Below, one piece after another: positions 8,972 through 18,171 of a DNA stretch of 56,434 nt. The notes beneath the pieces were generated by a model, which saw only the letters and a list, made by a program, of their open reading frames with translations, made no database searches and had not been told where the DNA came from. The DNA is from Candidatus Staskawiczbacteria bacterium (GTDB lineage: Bacteria; Patescibacteriota; Minisyncoccia; Minisyncoccales; Staskawiczbacteraceae). Every line of letters starts with the position of its first letter. Positions within the stretch are counted from its first letter, which is position 1. The translations under genes were made by a program, and so were the position numbers. The stretch covers positions 1 through 56,434 of the forward strand of contig CAIMWV010000010.1 of NCBI GenBank assembly GCA_903845295.1, read 5' to 3'.

Positions 8972-9415
8972 TTAAAGCAGCTGCATGATTCCTGTTTGTT
9001 GGTCTAAGGCTTCGTTCACCAGCCTGTCGGCCTCTTTATTTCTTTCCCGCGGAATGTGCTTGAATTTCACCGATTTGAAATCAAATTTTAAATTCCAGAT
9101 TTCTATAAAAAATTGCTGTATTTTCGGATCTGACAACCTGTAGTCGCCGTTCAATTGTTTTACAACCAATTCCGAATCAGCCCTTATTTCTACATCCGAT
9201 ATTTCGGCTATGGATTTCCCGAACAGCGCCTTAAATTTTTTCAATGCAAAAATAATTGCGTTATATTCAGCATCATTGTTTGTTAAGTTGTCTCCCAAAT
9301 ATTCGCCATATTTTTTTATAATCTGCTCTTTCTCATTATAAAAAACAACCCCTATGGCGGCCTTCCCCGGGTTGCCTCTCGACCCCCCATCAGTATAAAC
9401 TATTATTTTTTTCAT
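8972..9415 (-). CDS. rnhA: Ribonuclease HI family protein
   Basis: YTDGGSRGNPG, TNN.AEY, DSELVV.Q, N..AD.L.N.ALD. Confidence 0.9.
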   Translation of the reverse strand: MKKIIVYTDGGSRGNPGKAAIGVVFYNEKEQIIKKYGEYLGDNLTNNDAEYNAIIFALKKFKALFGKSIAEISDVEIRADSELVVKQLNGDYRLSDPKIQQFFIEIWNLKFDFKSVKFKHIPRERNKEADRLVNEALDQQTGIMQLL

Positions 9416-9463
9416 AAATATTTTATTTTCTACTGCACCCTTCCCATAAAAAATGGGGATCTG

Positions 9464-9521
9464 CTCGCAACCATCATATAAAAAATATATACAAGGTTGT
9501 GTAGATGATAATTTTTTTCAT
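9464..9521 (-). repeat. GAAGGGTGC-family element plus orphan rnhA head MKKIIIYT (9498-9521)
   Basis: Minus strand ATG AAA AAA ATT ATC ATC TAC ACA ACCTTGTATATATTTTTTATATGATGGTTGCGAG; the real gene starts MKKIIVYTDGG. Confidence 0.8.
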
Positions 9522-9549
9522 AATTAAAATTCCTTTAATTATTTTTCAG

Positions 9550-10140
9550 TTAATTATTTGAAGCCTCCAAAACATTTATACCGAAATTTTTGAGTTCTGC
9601 AACTAATGGCAGCACCGGCAAGCCGACAATATTAAAGTAATCTCCCTCAATTTTTTCTATAAAAATCCCTCCGCGATGTTGCATGGCATAGGCTCCGGCT
9701 TTATCTAACGGCTCTCCCAGCGCAATATAGTCATCTATGTCTTTTTCGGGAATGTTTGTCACGAAAACTTTGCTTTCCACGGATTTAGAAACTTGTTTGC
9801 CTGTTTCCGTATCAATAATAGTAAAGCCGGTTATGACAGAATGCGCCTTTCCGCTGAGTTTCTGCAGCATAATTTTAGCATTTTCTTTTGCACCAGGTTT
9901 GCCGAGAATCTCTTTACCAAGGACACAAAATGTATCTGCCGCAATAATAATGGAATTCTTATGCCTTTGCGCCACATCTTTTGCTTTTCCCAAAGATAAA
10001 TACTCCGCCAGCTTATCAGGAGGCATATTCAAAGTCATATCCTCTTTATAATTGCTCGGATCCACTTCGAACCTTAAGCCAATCTGCGAAAGCAATCCTC
10101 TTCTCCCGGGAGATGCTGACGCTAATATTATTTTTTTCAT
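9550..10140 (-). CDS. maf: Maf family nucleoside triphosphate pyrophosphatase
   Basis: IILASASP.R, IIAADT, LGKP, EPLDKAGAY, IEGDYFNIVGLP. Confidence 0.95.
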   Translation of the reverse strand: MKKIILASASPGRRGLLSQIGLRFEVDPSNYKEDMTLNMPPDKLAEYLSLGKAKDVAQRHKNSIIIAADTFCVLGKEILGKPGAKENAKIMLQKLSGKAHSVITGFTIIDTETGKQVSKSVESKVFVTNIPEKDIDDYIALGEPLDKAGAYAMQHRGGIFIEKIEGDYFNIVGLPVLPLVAELKNFGINVLEASNN

Positions 10141-10146
10141 CTGATT

Positions 10147-11163
10147 TTATTTGACCGGATTAACAATATTTAAAAATGCGTTACTGATGTCGGCCAAAAA
10201 AGAATTGTCTTGCAATTGTTTGGTCGCGTTTATAAATTCAATCGGGTCAACCCTTGCGCCGCCGACTCTCATTGAAAAATGTAAATGAGGAGCTGTAACA
10301 TAACCCGTATCCCCGGATAATCCTATTACCTGCCCGCGTTTTACTATATCTCCGACAGAAACTTTAAATTCGTCTAAATGCAGGTACATAGAAAATATAT
10401 CCAAGCCATGGTCTATGATAACTGTTTTGCCGTAATTAGACAAATTTAAAGTTGCAATAACTTTCCCGTCGTTAACGACATAAATATCTGTTTTTTCGGG
10501 CGCCCTCAAATCAACTCCGAAGTGCTGAAGTTTATATGGGAAAAATCCGATAAATTTTCCGAATGAAAAACCGCTTATTTTCATTGCACTTAAAGGGAAG
10601 GAAAACGGAGCTGTAAAATACGGCTCTTTGGTAAAAATACTCAAAACTTTTTTTAAAGCAGGGTTGTCGTTTTTTATTATATTATTAACTGCTTTTTCTT
10701 GCGTGGTTCCGTTTTGGCTTATGCTTGGAGCTTTAGCTGCCGGCTCCGATGAAAAATCAGCCAGAGCCACTTTGATATTTTTTGTTAATTTTTCTGTTGC
10801 AGAAACATCAACGGAAATTTTGTAATCGCCCGGATTTTGGTCAGCGTCAATTCCTAAAAAAGACACCCATTCAGAAGAGTTCCCCTTTCTGTAAAAAATG
10901 AGCTTTTGTTCATCCTGGGCCGCGCCGAAGGACTTTCCAAAATTTCCCGTTATCTCGCTAGCATCGCTTTTGACTCTGATAAAAACAGTATCTCCCTGTT
11001 TTGGATTTTCAGGAAAAATATAAACGCTAAGGACCGTTTTATGGAAAAATAAAAAAATTCCTGCCACTAACAAAAGAATGATAATGCCTCCTGCTATCAA
11101 CAAAAAAACAGAAACTTTTTTGTGATGCCATTTGGGTCCTTTTTTACCTTTTTTGTGTTCCAT
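10147..11163 (-). CDS. M23 family metallopeptidase with N-terminal membrane anchor
   Basis: HFGVD, YLHL, TAPHLHF; in-frame REP at 10912-10933. Confidence 0.9.
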   Translation of the reverse strand: MEHKKGKKGPKWHHKKVSVFLLIAGGIIILLLVAGIFLFFHKTVLSVYIFPENPKQGDTVFIRVKSDASEITGNFGKSFGAAQDEQKLIFYRKGNSSEWVSFLGIDADQNPGDYKISVDVSATEKLTKNIKVALADFSSEPAAKAPSISQNGTTQEKAVNNIIKNDNPALKKVLSIFTKEPYFTAPFSFPLSAMKISGFSFGKFIGFFPYKLQHFGVDLRAPEKTDIYVVNDGKVIATLNLSNYGKTVIIDHGLDIFSMYLHLDEFKVSVGDIVKRGQVIGLSGDTGYVTAPHLHFSMRVGGARVDPIEFINATKQLQDNSFLADISNAFLNIVNPVK

Positions 11164-11214
11164 TTGTCTATTATACCAAAAAACACCATTGTGGTGTTTT
11201 TTTTAGTATTTAAT

Positions 11215-11454
11215 CTATGTTAGTCCTTCCTGGTACTCTTTACCATTTAGCGTTGGGAATACCGGATAAATTTTTTGAACACGGCCGACTTGTCCGTCTT
11301 CCAGCCTTACTTTAATGCCGCGGTGATGAAAACTGTCGCTGGTTAAAATTTCCGCCACTTTCCCGCGGGTAAGCTTGCCGGTCGGCTGGTCTTTTTTAAG
11401 CACAATATCCACCTCCGCGCCAATTTTTATATCTGCCCTTTTTTGACCATCCAT
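11215..11454 (-). CDS. YwbE family protein (DUF2196)
   Basis: V.IVLKKDQPTGKLTRG.V..ILT....H.RGIKVRLEDGQVGRVQ.I. Confidence 0.85.
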   Translation of the reverse strand: MDGQKRADIKIGAEVDIVLKKDQPTGKLTRGKVAEILTSDSFHHRGIKVRLEDGQVGRVQKIYPVFPTLNGKEYQEGLT

Positions 11455-11457
11455 TTT

Positions 11458-12609
11458 TCACTTCTTCTTAAAAAATATATTTAAACAGCCTTTGAATTTA
11501 TTTAGGTGTTCATTTTTAATACGGAATCCCGATGCTTGCGCGTGGCCGCCGTAGGTTATTAAAAAATCAGCGCAGGTTTTCATTGCATCCACAGAATTTG
11601 TACCTTTTGGATTCCTGACTGAACCGCAAGATTCCTTATCCATTTTTTTAAAAATAAAAGCCGGCTTTTCATATTTGTTGCAGATTACCGATGCCACGGG
11701 ACCCGCCAAGGTTAATTTCCAGGAAGGATCGCCCTCAAAAATAATCTGCTCATCTTGTTTTTGTGAAATTCTTCTCTCCACTTCCTGTATAATATTTTTG
11801 ACTTGTTGCTGTTTGTATTGGTTTTTATTCAAAAGCGTTTCTGCAATTTCCTTGCATTGTTTATTGTCAGAAGAGGTTAAAAGCAAATATGATTCGTTTT
11901 CAAAGTTTAAGCTTTCTGCCGAGTTCAAAGCAGAAATGATCTTTGGCAAAGATTCCTCAAATACTTTTCCGTCCCCTAAAATATCTAAAAAAGCCCTTAT
12001 TGCGGGGCGGAAAGTATTTTTTAATGACCTTAAACCTTGCTCAATAATTTCCTGATTTTGTTCAATCTGCGGAACCATGTCAGCGATAGTGCCCAAAGCA
12101 GTCAATTCCAAAAAACTATTTTTCAAATTCTGAGAAATTTCCCTGCCTAACATTTCCATGCATAAATTAAAGGTCACTCCGACATTGGCTAATCCCTTGA
12201 ATGGATAACTGTCATCTGTTTGTTTCATATCAACAATTATCGAGGCCTTCGGCACTCCATCTAAGGGTTCGTGGTGGTCAACAATAATGACTTCAAAGCC
12301 CATTTTATTTGCTAAATCAACCTCTTTTAAGTTACCTATGCCGAGATCTAATGTTATAAAAAGCGCAGGGGCCTTATTTTTCAGCATATCTAGGGCTTTC
12401 AAATTTATTCCGTAACCGTCATTTTCTCTGTCGGGGAAAAAAGCGCAATCAATATGTCCTCCCAAATTTTTAATCGCCTCCTCCAGAATAACAACGGATG
12501 ATATCCCGTCTAAATCAGAATCTCCATACAAAATAATGCGCTCTTTATTTTGAACAGCTTTTTTTATCCTTTCCGCCGCCTTCTCAATATTTTTAATCTT
12601 CTGGGTCAT
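11458..12609 (-). CDS. recJ: RecJ-like DHH family phosphoesterase (short form)
   Basis: YGDSDLDG, TLD.G, DHH, LGTIADMV, GSVR, GGHAQASG. Confidence 0.85.
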   Translation of the reverse strand: MTQKIKNIEKAAERIKKAVQNKERIILYGDSDLDGISSVVILEEAIKNLGGHIDCAFFPDRENDGYGINLKALDMLKNKAPALFITLDLGIGNLKEVDLANKMGFEVIIVDHHEPLDGVPKASIIVDMKQTDDSYPFKGLANVGVTFNLCMEMLGREISQNLKNSFLELTALGTIADMVPQIEQNQEIIEQGLRSLKNTFRPAIRAFLDILGDGKVFEESLPKIISALNSAESLNFENESYLLLTSSDNKQCKEIAETLLNKNQYKQQQVKNIIQEVERRISQKQDEQIIFEGDPSWKLTLAGPVASVICNKYEKPAFIFKKMDKESCGSVRNPKGTNSVDAMKTCADFLITYGGHAQASGFRIKNEHLNKFKGCLNIFFKKK

Positions 12610-12615
12610 ATTTTT

Positions 12616-13656
12616 TCACTTTAAAGATTCTAGGCCTGGCAATTTATCTCCGGCGAGATAGCTGAGCATTGCCCCGCCGCCCGTTGAAACGTGGCTGAAG
12701 TTATCAATCATACCTTTTTTATTCAAAAATTCAACAGTCTCGCCCCCTCCGACAACCGAATAAGCCCCGCTGTTTATTATTGCATTTGCGATTGCCAAGG
12801 TACCGGCAGCATATTTTTCATCTTCGAATTTTCCGAACGGGCCATTCCATAAAACTGTTTTTGCCTGCATTATTTTTTCCTGGAAATTTTTTACCGATTC
12901 ATCATTTATATCCAAGGCGTCCAATTGGCCGGTGGGAGCTATTATCTTTTCGGGATATTTGAATTTAATTTTTTGTTCTGCAACTTCTTTTGCTATCAGC
13001 CCGCTCACTATCACATAATCTGATACTTCAGAAATATTATTGATGAATTTTGATTTTGTTTCAACCTTTTTCCCGCCGACAATTGTTACCATGGGTTTTG
13101 CCGGATTTTTCATGACTTTATCTAAAACTTCAATTTCTTTTTCAAGCAACAGACCTTGGCAATGAGGCAAGATTTTTGGCACGCCGGTAATTGAAGCCTG
13201 ATCCCTGTGGCAAACTGAAAATGCATCATTTACATAAATATCCCCTAAAAATGAAAGTCTTTTTGCAAAATCCGGGTTGTTTTCCGTTTCTTCTTTATGA
13301 AATCTTAAATTCTCCAGCAATAAAATTTTTCCGGGCGCCAATTTGTTGCTCTGCTCTTCCACCTCCAATCCCACGCAATCATCCTCCTTCTCAATCGAAA
13401 AATTAAGATATTCTGCCAGTTTTTCAGCAACCTTATCCAGTGTAAGCTCCGGAACAACTTTTCCGTCCGGCTCGCCTAAGTGGCTCATCAAAATGATCTT
13501 TGCCTTATTATCAATTAAATATTGGATTGTCGGCAGGGTTTTTTTAATCCTGAAATCATCTAAAACATTTCCTTTTTCATCAAGGGGAACATTAAAATCA
13601 CATCTTACCAAAACGCGTTTGCCGGTAACATCAAAATCTTTCAAAGTTTTTAACAT
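12616..13656 (-). CDS. pgk: Phosphoglycerate kinase (compact)
   Basis: RVLVRCDFNVP, SHLG, LLENLRF, NDAF, WNGP.G.FE, HVSTGGGA. Confidence 0.95.
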   Translation of the reverse strand: MLKTLKDFDVTGKRVLVRCDFNVPLDEKGNVLDDFRIKKTLPTIQYLIDNKAKIILMSHLGEPDGKVVPELTLDKVAEKLAEYLNFSIEKEDDCVGLEVEEQSNKLAPGKILLLENLRFHKEETENNPDFAKRLSFLGDIYVNDAFSVCHRDQASITGVPKILPHCQGLLLEKEIEVLDKVMKNPAKPMVTIVGGKKVETKSKFINNISEVSDYVIVSGLIAKEVAEQKIKFKYPEKIIAPTGQLDALDINDESVKNFQEKIMQAKTVLWNGPFGKFEDEKYAAGTLAIANAIINSGAYSVVGGGETVEFLNKKGMIDNFSHVSTGGGAMLSYLAGDKLPGLESLK

Positions 13657-13713
13657 ACACAAAGTTCGGATAAAAAAATTAAATAATATATAAACTTATA
13701 TTTCGGAAGAAAG

Positions 13714-13801
13714 CTCGCACCCTTCATTTAAAAAATATCTTGTACCCTTCATATAAAAATTATATAGCAGGCTATATAAAAGGCTGTAAGCTTTTAATCA
13801 T
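13714..13801 (-). repeat. GAAGGGTGC-family elements plus orphan pgk-like head MIKSL (13787-13801)
   Basis: Minus strand ATGATTAAAAGCTTACAGCC...TATAGCCTGCTATATAATTTTTATATGAAGGGTACAAG...ATGAAGGGTGCGAG; the real start is MLKTL. Confidence 0.7.
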
Positions 13802-13830
13802 ATAGTAATATTATAGAATATTTTTAGTAA

Positions 13831-13920
13831 TTAAACCACTTCTTGTTGATAACACTGCTCGCCCTTCGGCTTCCCTTCGGCTCCAATCAGGGCAAGCGCT
13901 CAGGGCTTCATCTACTTTTA
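13831..13920 (-). repeat. Nested REP plus orphan array tail EQCYQQEVV* (13831-13860)
   Basis: GAG CAG TGT TAT CAA CAA GAA GTG GTT TAA preceded by GCCCTGAGCGCTTGCCCTGATTGGAGCCGAAGGGAAGCCGAAGGGC. Confidence 0.85.
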
Positions 13921-13921
13921 T

Positions 13922-15661
13922 TTATGCGACCTCGCTTTGATAACAACTTTCGCAGTAAACAATTTCCTGGCGGTCCGGAGCATATGAGGTTTCAATTTCT
14001 TTGCCGCATTTTGCACATTTCCGTGAAAATATTTTAATCGGATTCAGCTGTTTGAAACGCACCCTGTCGCGGCAAAGAGGACATTGGCGCGGGATTGGAA
14101 GATCCATCCGGCGGTAGAAATCAAGCTCCATTTTTACCAGCCTATAGTTTTTTCCGCAATCGTCGCATTTTAATATGCCGCCAAGAATCTCGTCTGTAAC
14201 GTCTTTAATATCATCTGCAAAAGAAACCGTTGCCGGTTCATACTCTTTTGCATCGGAATCCCGCCAAACATAGCCGTTGCTGACAGCTTCTTCCTTGGAA
14301 ATCGGGAAAAATTCATAAGCGCTTGTTTCATTATATGCCCACGGAGAAAATTCAGCCGGGAAATATTCTCCGTAACGATATTCTTTCTTCCGCGAATCAA
14401 TATAGGGCACTTCCATCATCTGTTTTTTAATCTTTCCCACCAAATCTTGATAGTCTTTCTTTGAGTATTGTTTATTTAAAATGCAATATTCTGAATTCCG
14501 AATTCCGACGCAGCCGAAAAGGTTTCCCGAGCCATGGCAAGCAAAACTATATTCCAAATCATGCGCATGGTAATTCCAAAAACTGAACTTGATATTATTA
14601 ACAGTAAGGCCGACCCACACCGATTCGTATATCAATTCAGAATTTTCTCCAAATATTGTATAGTCATAAGCGTCTTTCGATGGGCCCAATTTAAGAAGTT
14701 GGCCATATCGGATATTTTCTCCGTTACCTACCTGATAGGAATCGTGCACATTTTTTGAATTAAAAATATAGTCTCCGGTTACGTTTACATTTTTGCGCCC
14801 ATGGAATTGCCTGCGAGGATATTCAAGAAATAATTTTTCTGCTCTTGCCCTGAAATCATTTACGTTTTTCAATGACCCGAAATTCAATTCTTCAAGTTTT
14901 TTTGCGTATTCTTCCTTTGTGTAGGGTTGATTCAATATGTGATATTGCTTGTTACGCAAGTTAATACAGCCTATGCAATTGGAACAGCCTATGAGATCTC
15001 TTGAGAACCAAATGTCCTGTGAATCTTCGCAGTCTTGCGACCAAAACGCACGATAACACTTATTTGCCATCACAGCCTGGTAGCAAAGCTCGCTGTCATT
15101 TGTGAACGCCACGTCAAAACATTCTTTATTTTTTGCCATCGTGTTGGTATAGGCGCAATTTTCACTAAAATCACTTCTGAAGCAAAGGTAGCAATTTTTT
15201 AAATCCGCCGCGCCATTACACCAAGGGCTATTAATCATGGTCGTATGAGAAGTATAGAGGGTTGGATGAGGAACCTCGCGGAAAAGTTGAAGCCACTGTT
15301 CGAAAAATGATTTTTTAAAGTCGTATTCTTTGCCAAATGACTTTGGGTCCCATTCATCCGACCACCATTTTTCTTGCGAATAAATCTTATGCGGATTTCC
15401 CGGAGGATAAAACGTTATCCCCTCTTCCCCAGAATCAAATTTCTGGCGGTATAAAATTCTCCCGCTTGTCCACACGAAGCGCCGCATCATCCTGCACTCC
15501 GGACACCATGTGGGCGAAGGCACTTTCATCTTCTCGCAAAACGCAGAATCATCGGACTCAATCACGAACTCATTATTGCAGTTTTGGCATACTCGCACTG
15601 AGGACTTCGAGTGAGCCTCAGTCGAACTCCCTGCCGAAGTGTTTTTTGTATCGCTTTCCAT
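13922..15661 (-). CDS. Cys-rich zinc-ribbon/repeat family protein, array copy 13 (numbered in transcription order)
   Basis: CQNC..F.IE.DD..F.EK.KVP.PT.CPECR; LFGCVG...YCILNKQY; ends CAKC-x17-CESC-YQSEVA; nested REP in-frame near the N-terminus. Confidence 0.9.
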   Translation of the reverse strand: MESDTKNTSAGSSTEAHSKSSVRVCQNCNNEFVIESDDSAFCEKMKVPSPTWCPECRMMRRFVWTSGRILYRQKFDSGEEGITFYPPGNPHKIYSQEKWWSDEWDPKSFGKEYDFKKSFFEQWLQLFREVPHPTLYTSHTTMINSPWCNGAADLKNCYLCFRSDFSENCAYTNTMAKNKECFDVAFTNDSELCYQAVMANKCYRAFWSQDCEDSQDIWFSRDLIGCSNCIGCINLRNKQYHILNQPYTKEEYAKKLEELNFGSLKNVNDFRARAEKLFLEYPRRQFHGRKNVNVTGDYIFNSKNVHDSYQVGNGENIRYGQLLKLGPSKDAYDYTIFGENSELIYESVWVGLTVNNIKFSFWNYHAHDLEYSFACHGSGNLFGCVGIRNSEYCILNKQYSKKDYQDLVGKIKKQMMEVPYIDSRKKEYRYGEYFPAEFSPWAYNETSAYEFFPISKEEAVSNGYVWRDSDAKEYEPATVSFADDIKDVTDEILGGILKCDDCGKNYRLVKMELDFYRRMDLPIPRQCPLCRDRVRFKQLNPIKIFSRKCAKCGKEIETSYAPDRQEIVYCESCYQSEVA

Positions 15662-15664
15662 AAT

Positions 15665-16285
15665 TTACTTTTTATCCAAAAAATTAATTATCCGTTGTAT
15701 TTTTTTAACTTCCAGCGCATTTTTTTCTTCTCTTCCTTCTCTCCATGCTAGCCCAATTTTTTCTACCCATCCCTTCTTTTCTTCAATCAATAGGTTTGGT
15801 AACAAAACTTTCGCCTTAACTCCTAAGAATTCTTTTTCAATAGAAATATCATTATAATCACCCGCAAAACGGATTTCTTTGCCATGCATCGGAATTACTA
15901 CCTCCTTCGTCTTATCATCAAAAAAACTAATATGGATATCACAATGGGCAGCCCGTGTTGTTTCTGCGTCAATTGGATCAATTCTTAATAAATCATCCTC
16001 TCCATGCGCCTTGGATTTACAAACTAAGTGGCCTTCTTTTTCCAAAAAAATTTTTGCATCTCCAACGTTATCTCTATCGATTATGAAATCAACGTCTTTA
16101 TGATTCCTGGAAATATAACCCAGATAAGCGTCAACGGCAAAACCGGACAAAACAACATATTTCCAATTTTTTTCAGATGCCCGAATCACAATTCTCTTAA
16201 ACAAATCAATTGCCTTTTTAGTTCTTTCATCCATCTCCCCTTCAGCAAGCGGCGGGATTTCTTTTTTTAATAAATTATCGTTCAT
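15665..16285 (-). CDS. Nucleotidyltransferase, aminoglycoside-2''-adenylyltransferase/Lnu-like family
   Basis: SGFAVDAYLG..SR.HKDVDF motif and later DIH. Confidence 0.75.
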   Translation of the reverse strand: MNDNLLKKEIPPLAEGEMDERTKKAIDLFKRIVIRASEKNWKYVVLSGFAVDAYLGYISRNHKDVDFIIDRDNVGDAKIFLEKEGHLVCKSKAHGEDDLLRIDPIDAETTRAAHCDIHISFFDDKTKEVVIPMHGKEIRFAGDYNDISIEKEFLGVKAKVLLPNLLIEEKKGWVEKIGLAWREGREEKNALEVKKIQRIINFLDKK

Positions 16286-16296
16286 AAATTAATGGA

Positions 16297-16386
16297 TTAT
16301 GCCACTTCTGTATTGTAGTATTGCTTGCCCTTCGACAACCCTTCGGCACGGCTCAGGGCAAGCGCTCAGGGCTTCAGTTGCTTTTA
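16297..16386 (-). repeat. Nested REP plus orphan array tail KQYYNTEVA* (16297-16326)
   Basis: Near copy of 13831-13920: TAAATAAAAGCAACTGAAGCCCTGAGCGCTTGCCCTGAGCCGTGCCGAAGGGTTGTCGAAGGGC AAG CAA TAC TAC AAT ACA GAA GTG GCA TAA. Confidence 0.85.
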
Positions 16387-16387
16387 T

Positions 16388-18133
16388 TTATGCCACCTCA
16401 CTATTGTAGCAACTTTTGCAATAAACGATTTCTGGCCTGTCCGGAGCATAAGAAGTTTCAAATTCATTTGGACACTTTTCTTCCCCATGAGAATGATTTT
16501 TCTGCTCGCACATACATTGGCGGTGCCAAAGCTTGATAGGCGTACGCTGGGCAATCCTGGCAAAATGGCGGCAGTTCGGGCACAGTTGCGGAACCGGGAT
16601 GCCCATGCGTTTGTAAAAATTCAGATCGCTCGACGTTACCTTAAAGGCTTCCGTGCATTGGTGGTTGCATTTTCCAGCGTGGGCGCACCCGATTGTTTCC
16701 TTTAAAATTTGTTCATCAACCTGGTCAATCGAGTCCGGAATGTTTTCTGCTTTTAAGGTGATTTTATAATTCTTAGCCGCGAAATCAACCCACCTGTATC
16801 CGTTTTTTAATGCCTCTTCTTTTGACATGGGGAAAAGCTCTTGAGCGATGGTTTCGTTATAGGCGAATCCGTGCATATCCAACGGGAAGGTTGAACCATA
16901 ACGGAATTCCCTTCCCAAAGAGTCTTTGTATGGAAGCGCATCCATTTGCTCTTTGATTCTCGGCACTAATTCTTCATATTCTTCTTTGCTGTATTGTTTA
17001 TTCAAAATGCAATACTGTTTTTTCCGCAAACCGACGCAGCCAAATAAATCAGATGAACTGTGGCAATTTACGCAGTATTGGGCGCGGATTAACTGGTCCC
17101 AACATTCATTTGAAAAAAACACCTGGCTGCACTGGCGGCCGATTGAGGAGCATTCATAAATAAGCTCTGAAAAAGCGGCCCAATATGTAAAATCCATCAC
17201 ATCTTTCCCATCGGTAATTCCAAAAAGATATTTGCCGTCTTCCACTCTTTCGCAATTAAATCCTACCTTCACATTTTTGCATTGCTCTAACCAATTACCC
17301 GAAACATCAGTGCTGTGATTTTCTACAAGACACGGCACGATGTGTTTTGATGAAAATTCTGCCATTTTTTTGCGCATTTCTTCTACTTCCTTGCGACTTT
17401 TTGGCCAAAGTGTTTTAATTTTATCTTTATATTCCTCTTTTGTATATTGCTCGTTGAAAATGCAATAATTCTTATTGCGCAAATTAACGCAACCAAAACA
17501 ATCAGTACAGTTTTTACAATTTAACAAAAAGGCGGAATTTGAGCAGGTACTACATTCTCTTGAATACATCAACCTGTTACAACCATAACAATCAATGCAC
17601 TCAAAACACAGTTCAGACGAATGAATATTATAGTTGTCCATACTATCTTTTGAATCCCAAATTGAAGTGCCGTAAGAACAATTTTCGTTCGTAGAGGCGG
17701 CAAAAATAAGATAACAGTTTTTGTTGTCGCTGGCCCTGTTGGTATATTCGCTGTTTACGTTTGTTCCTTGTTGAATAATTCCCATCCTTGGAACCTTAAG
17801 GAATAAATCTTTAAGCTGCTCGAAAAATGGTTTTTTAAAGTTATAGTCTTTCCCATAAGATTCAGGATCCCATTTGTCAGACCACCAGCAAGAATAGCAA
17901 TAAACAGTGTAGGGGCTTTCCGGCGAATAAAGCAAAATTTTTTCTTTACCGCACAGATTGCACTTTCTTTTAAAAAGAGACCTCTCGCCCCTCCACGCCA
18001 AACGTTTGACCAGCCTGCACTCCGGACACCACGTCGGTGGCGGCACTTTAATCTTCTCATAAAAATTAAAATCGTCGGGCTCAATCATGAACTCCTTTTT
18101 ACAGTTTTGACATGTTCTTTTTTGGCTTTCCAT
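16388..18133 (-). CDS. Cys-rich family protein, array copy 12
   Basis: Same conserved blocks; internal CNLC-x17-CYSC; ends YCKSCYNSEVA. Confidence 0.9.
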   Translation of the reverse strand: MESQKRTCQNCKKEFMIEPDDFNFYEKIKVPPPTWCPECRLVKRLAWRGERSLFKRKCNLCGKEKILLYSPESPYTVYCYSCWWSDKWDPESYGKDYNFKKPFFEQLKDLFLKVPRMGIIQQGTNVNSEYTNRASDNKNCYLIFAASTNENCSYGTSIWDSKDSMDNYNIHSSELCFECIDCYGCNRLMYSRECSTCSNSAFLLNCKNCTDCFGCVNLRNKNYCIFNEQYTKEEYKDKIKTLWPKSRKEVEEMRKKMAEFSSKHIVPCLVENHSTDVSGNWLEQCKNVKVGFNCERVEDGKYLFGITDGKDVMDFTYWAAFSELIYECSSIGRQCSQVFFSNECWDQLIRAQYCVNCHSSSDLFGCVGLRKKQYCILNKQYSKEEYEELVPRIKEQMDALPYKDSLGREFRYGSTFPLDMHGFAYNETIAQELFPMSKEEALKNGYRWVDFAAKNYKITLKAENIPDSIDQVDEQILKETIGCAHAGKCNHQCTEAFKVTSSDLNFYKRMGIPVPQLCPNCRHFARIAQRTPIKLWHRQCMCEQKNHSHGEEKCPNEFETSYAPDRPEIVYCKSCYNSEVA

Positions 18134-18144
18134 GTTGTTTTTAA

Positions 18145-18164
18145 CGGCTCAACGCGTTGAGCCG
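18145..18164. repeat. Perfect 20-bp palindrome between array genes
   Basis: CGGCTCAACGCGTTGAGCCG is its own reverse complement. Confidence 0.8.
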
Positions 18165-18171
18165 ATGGATT

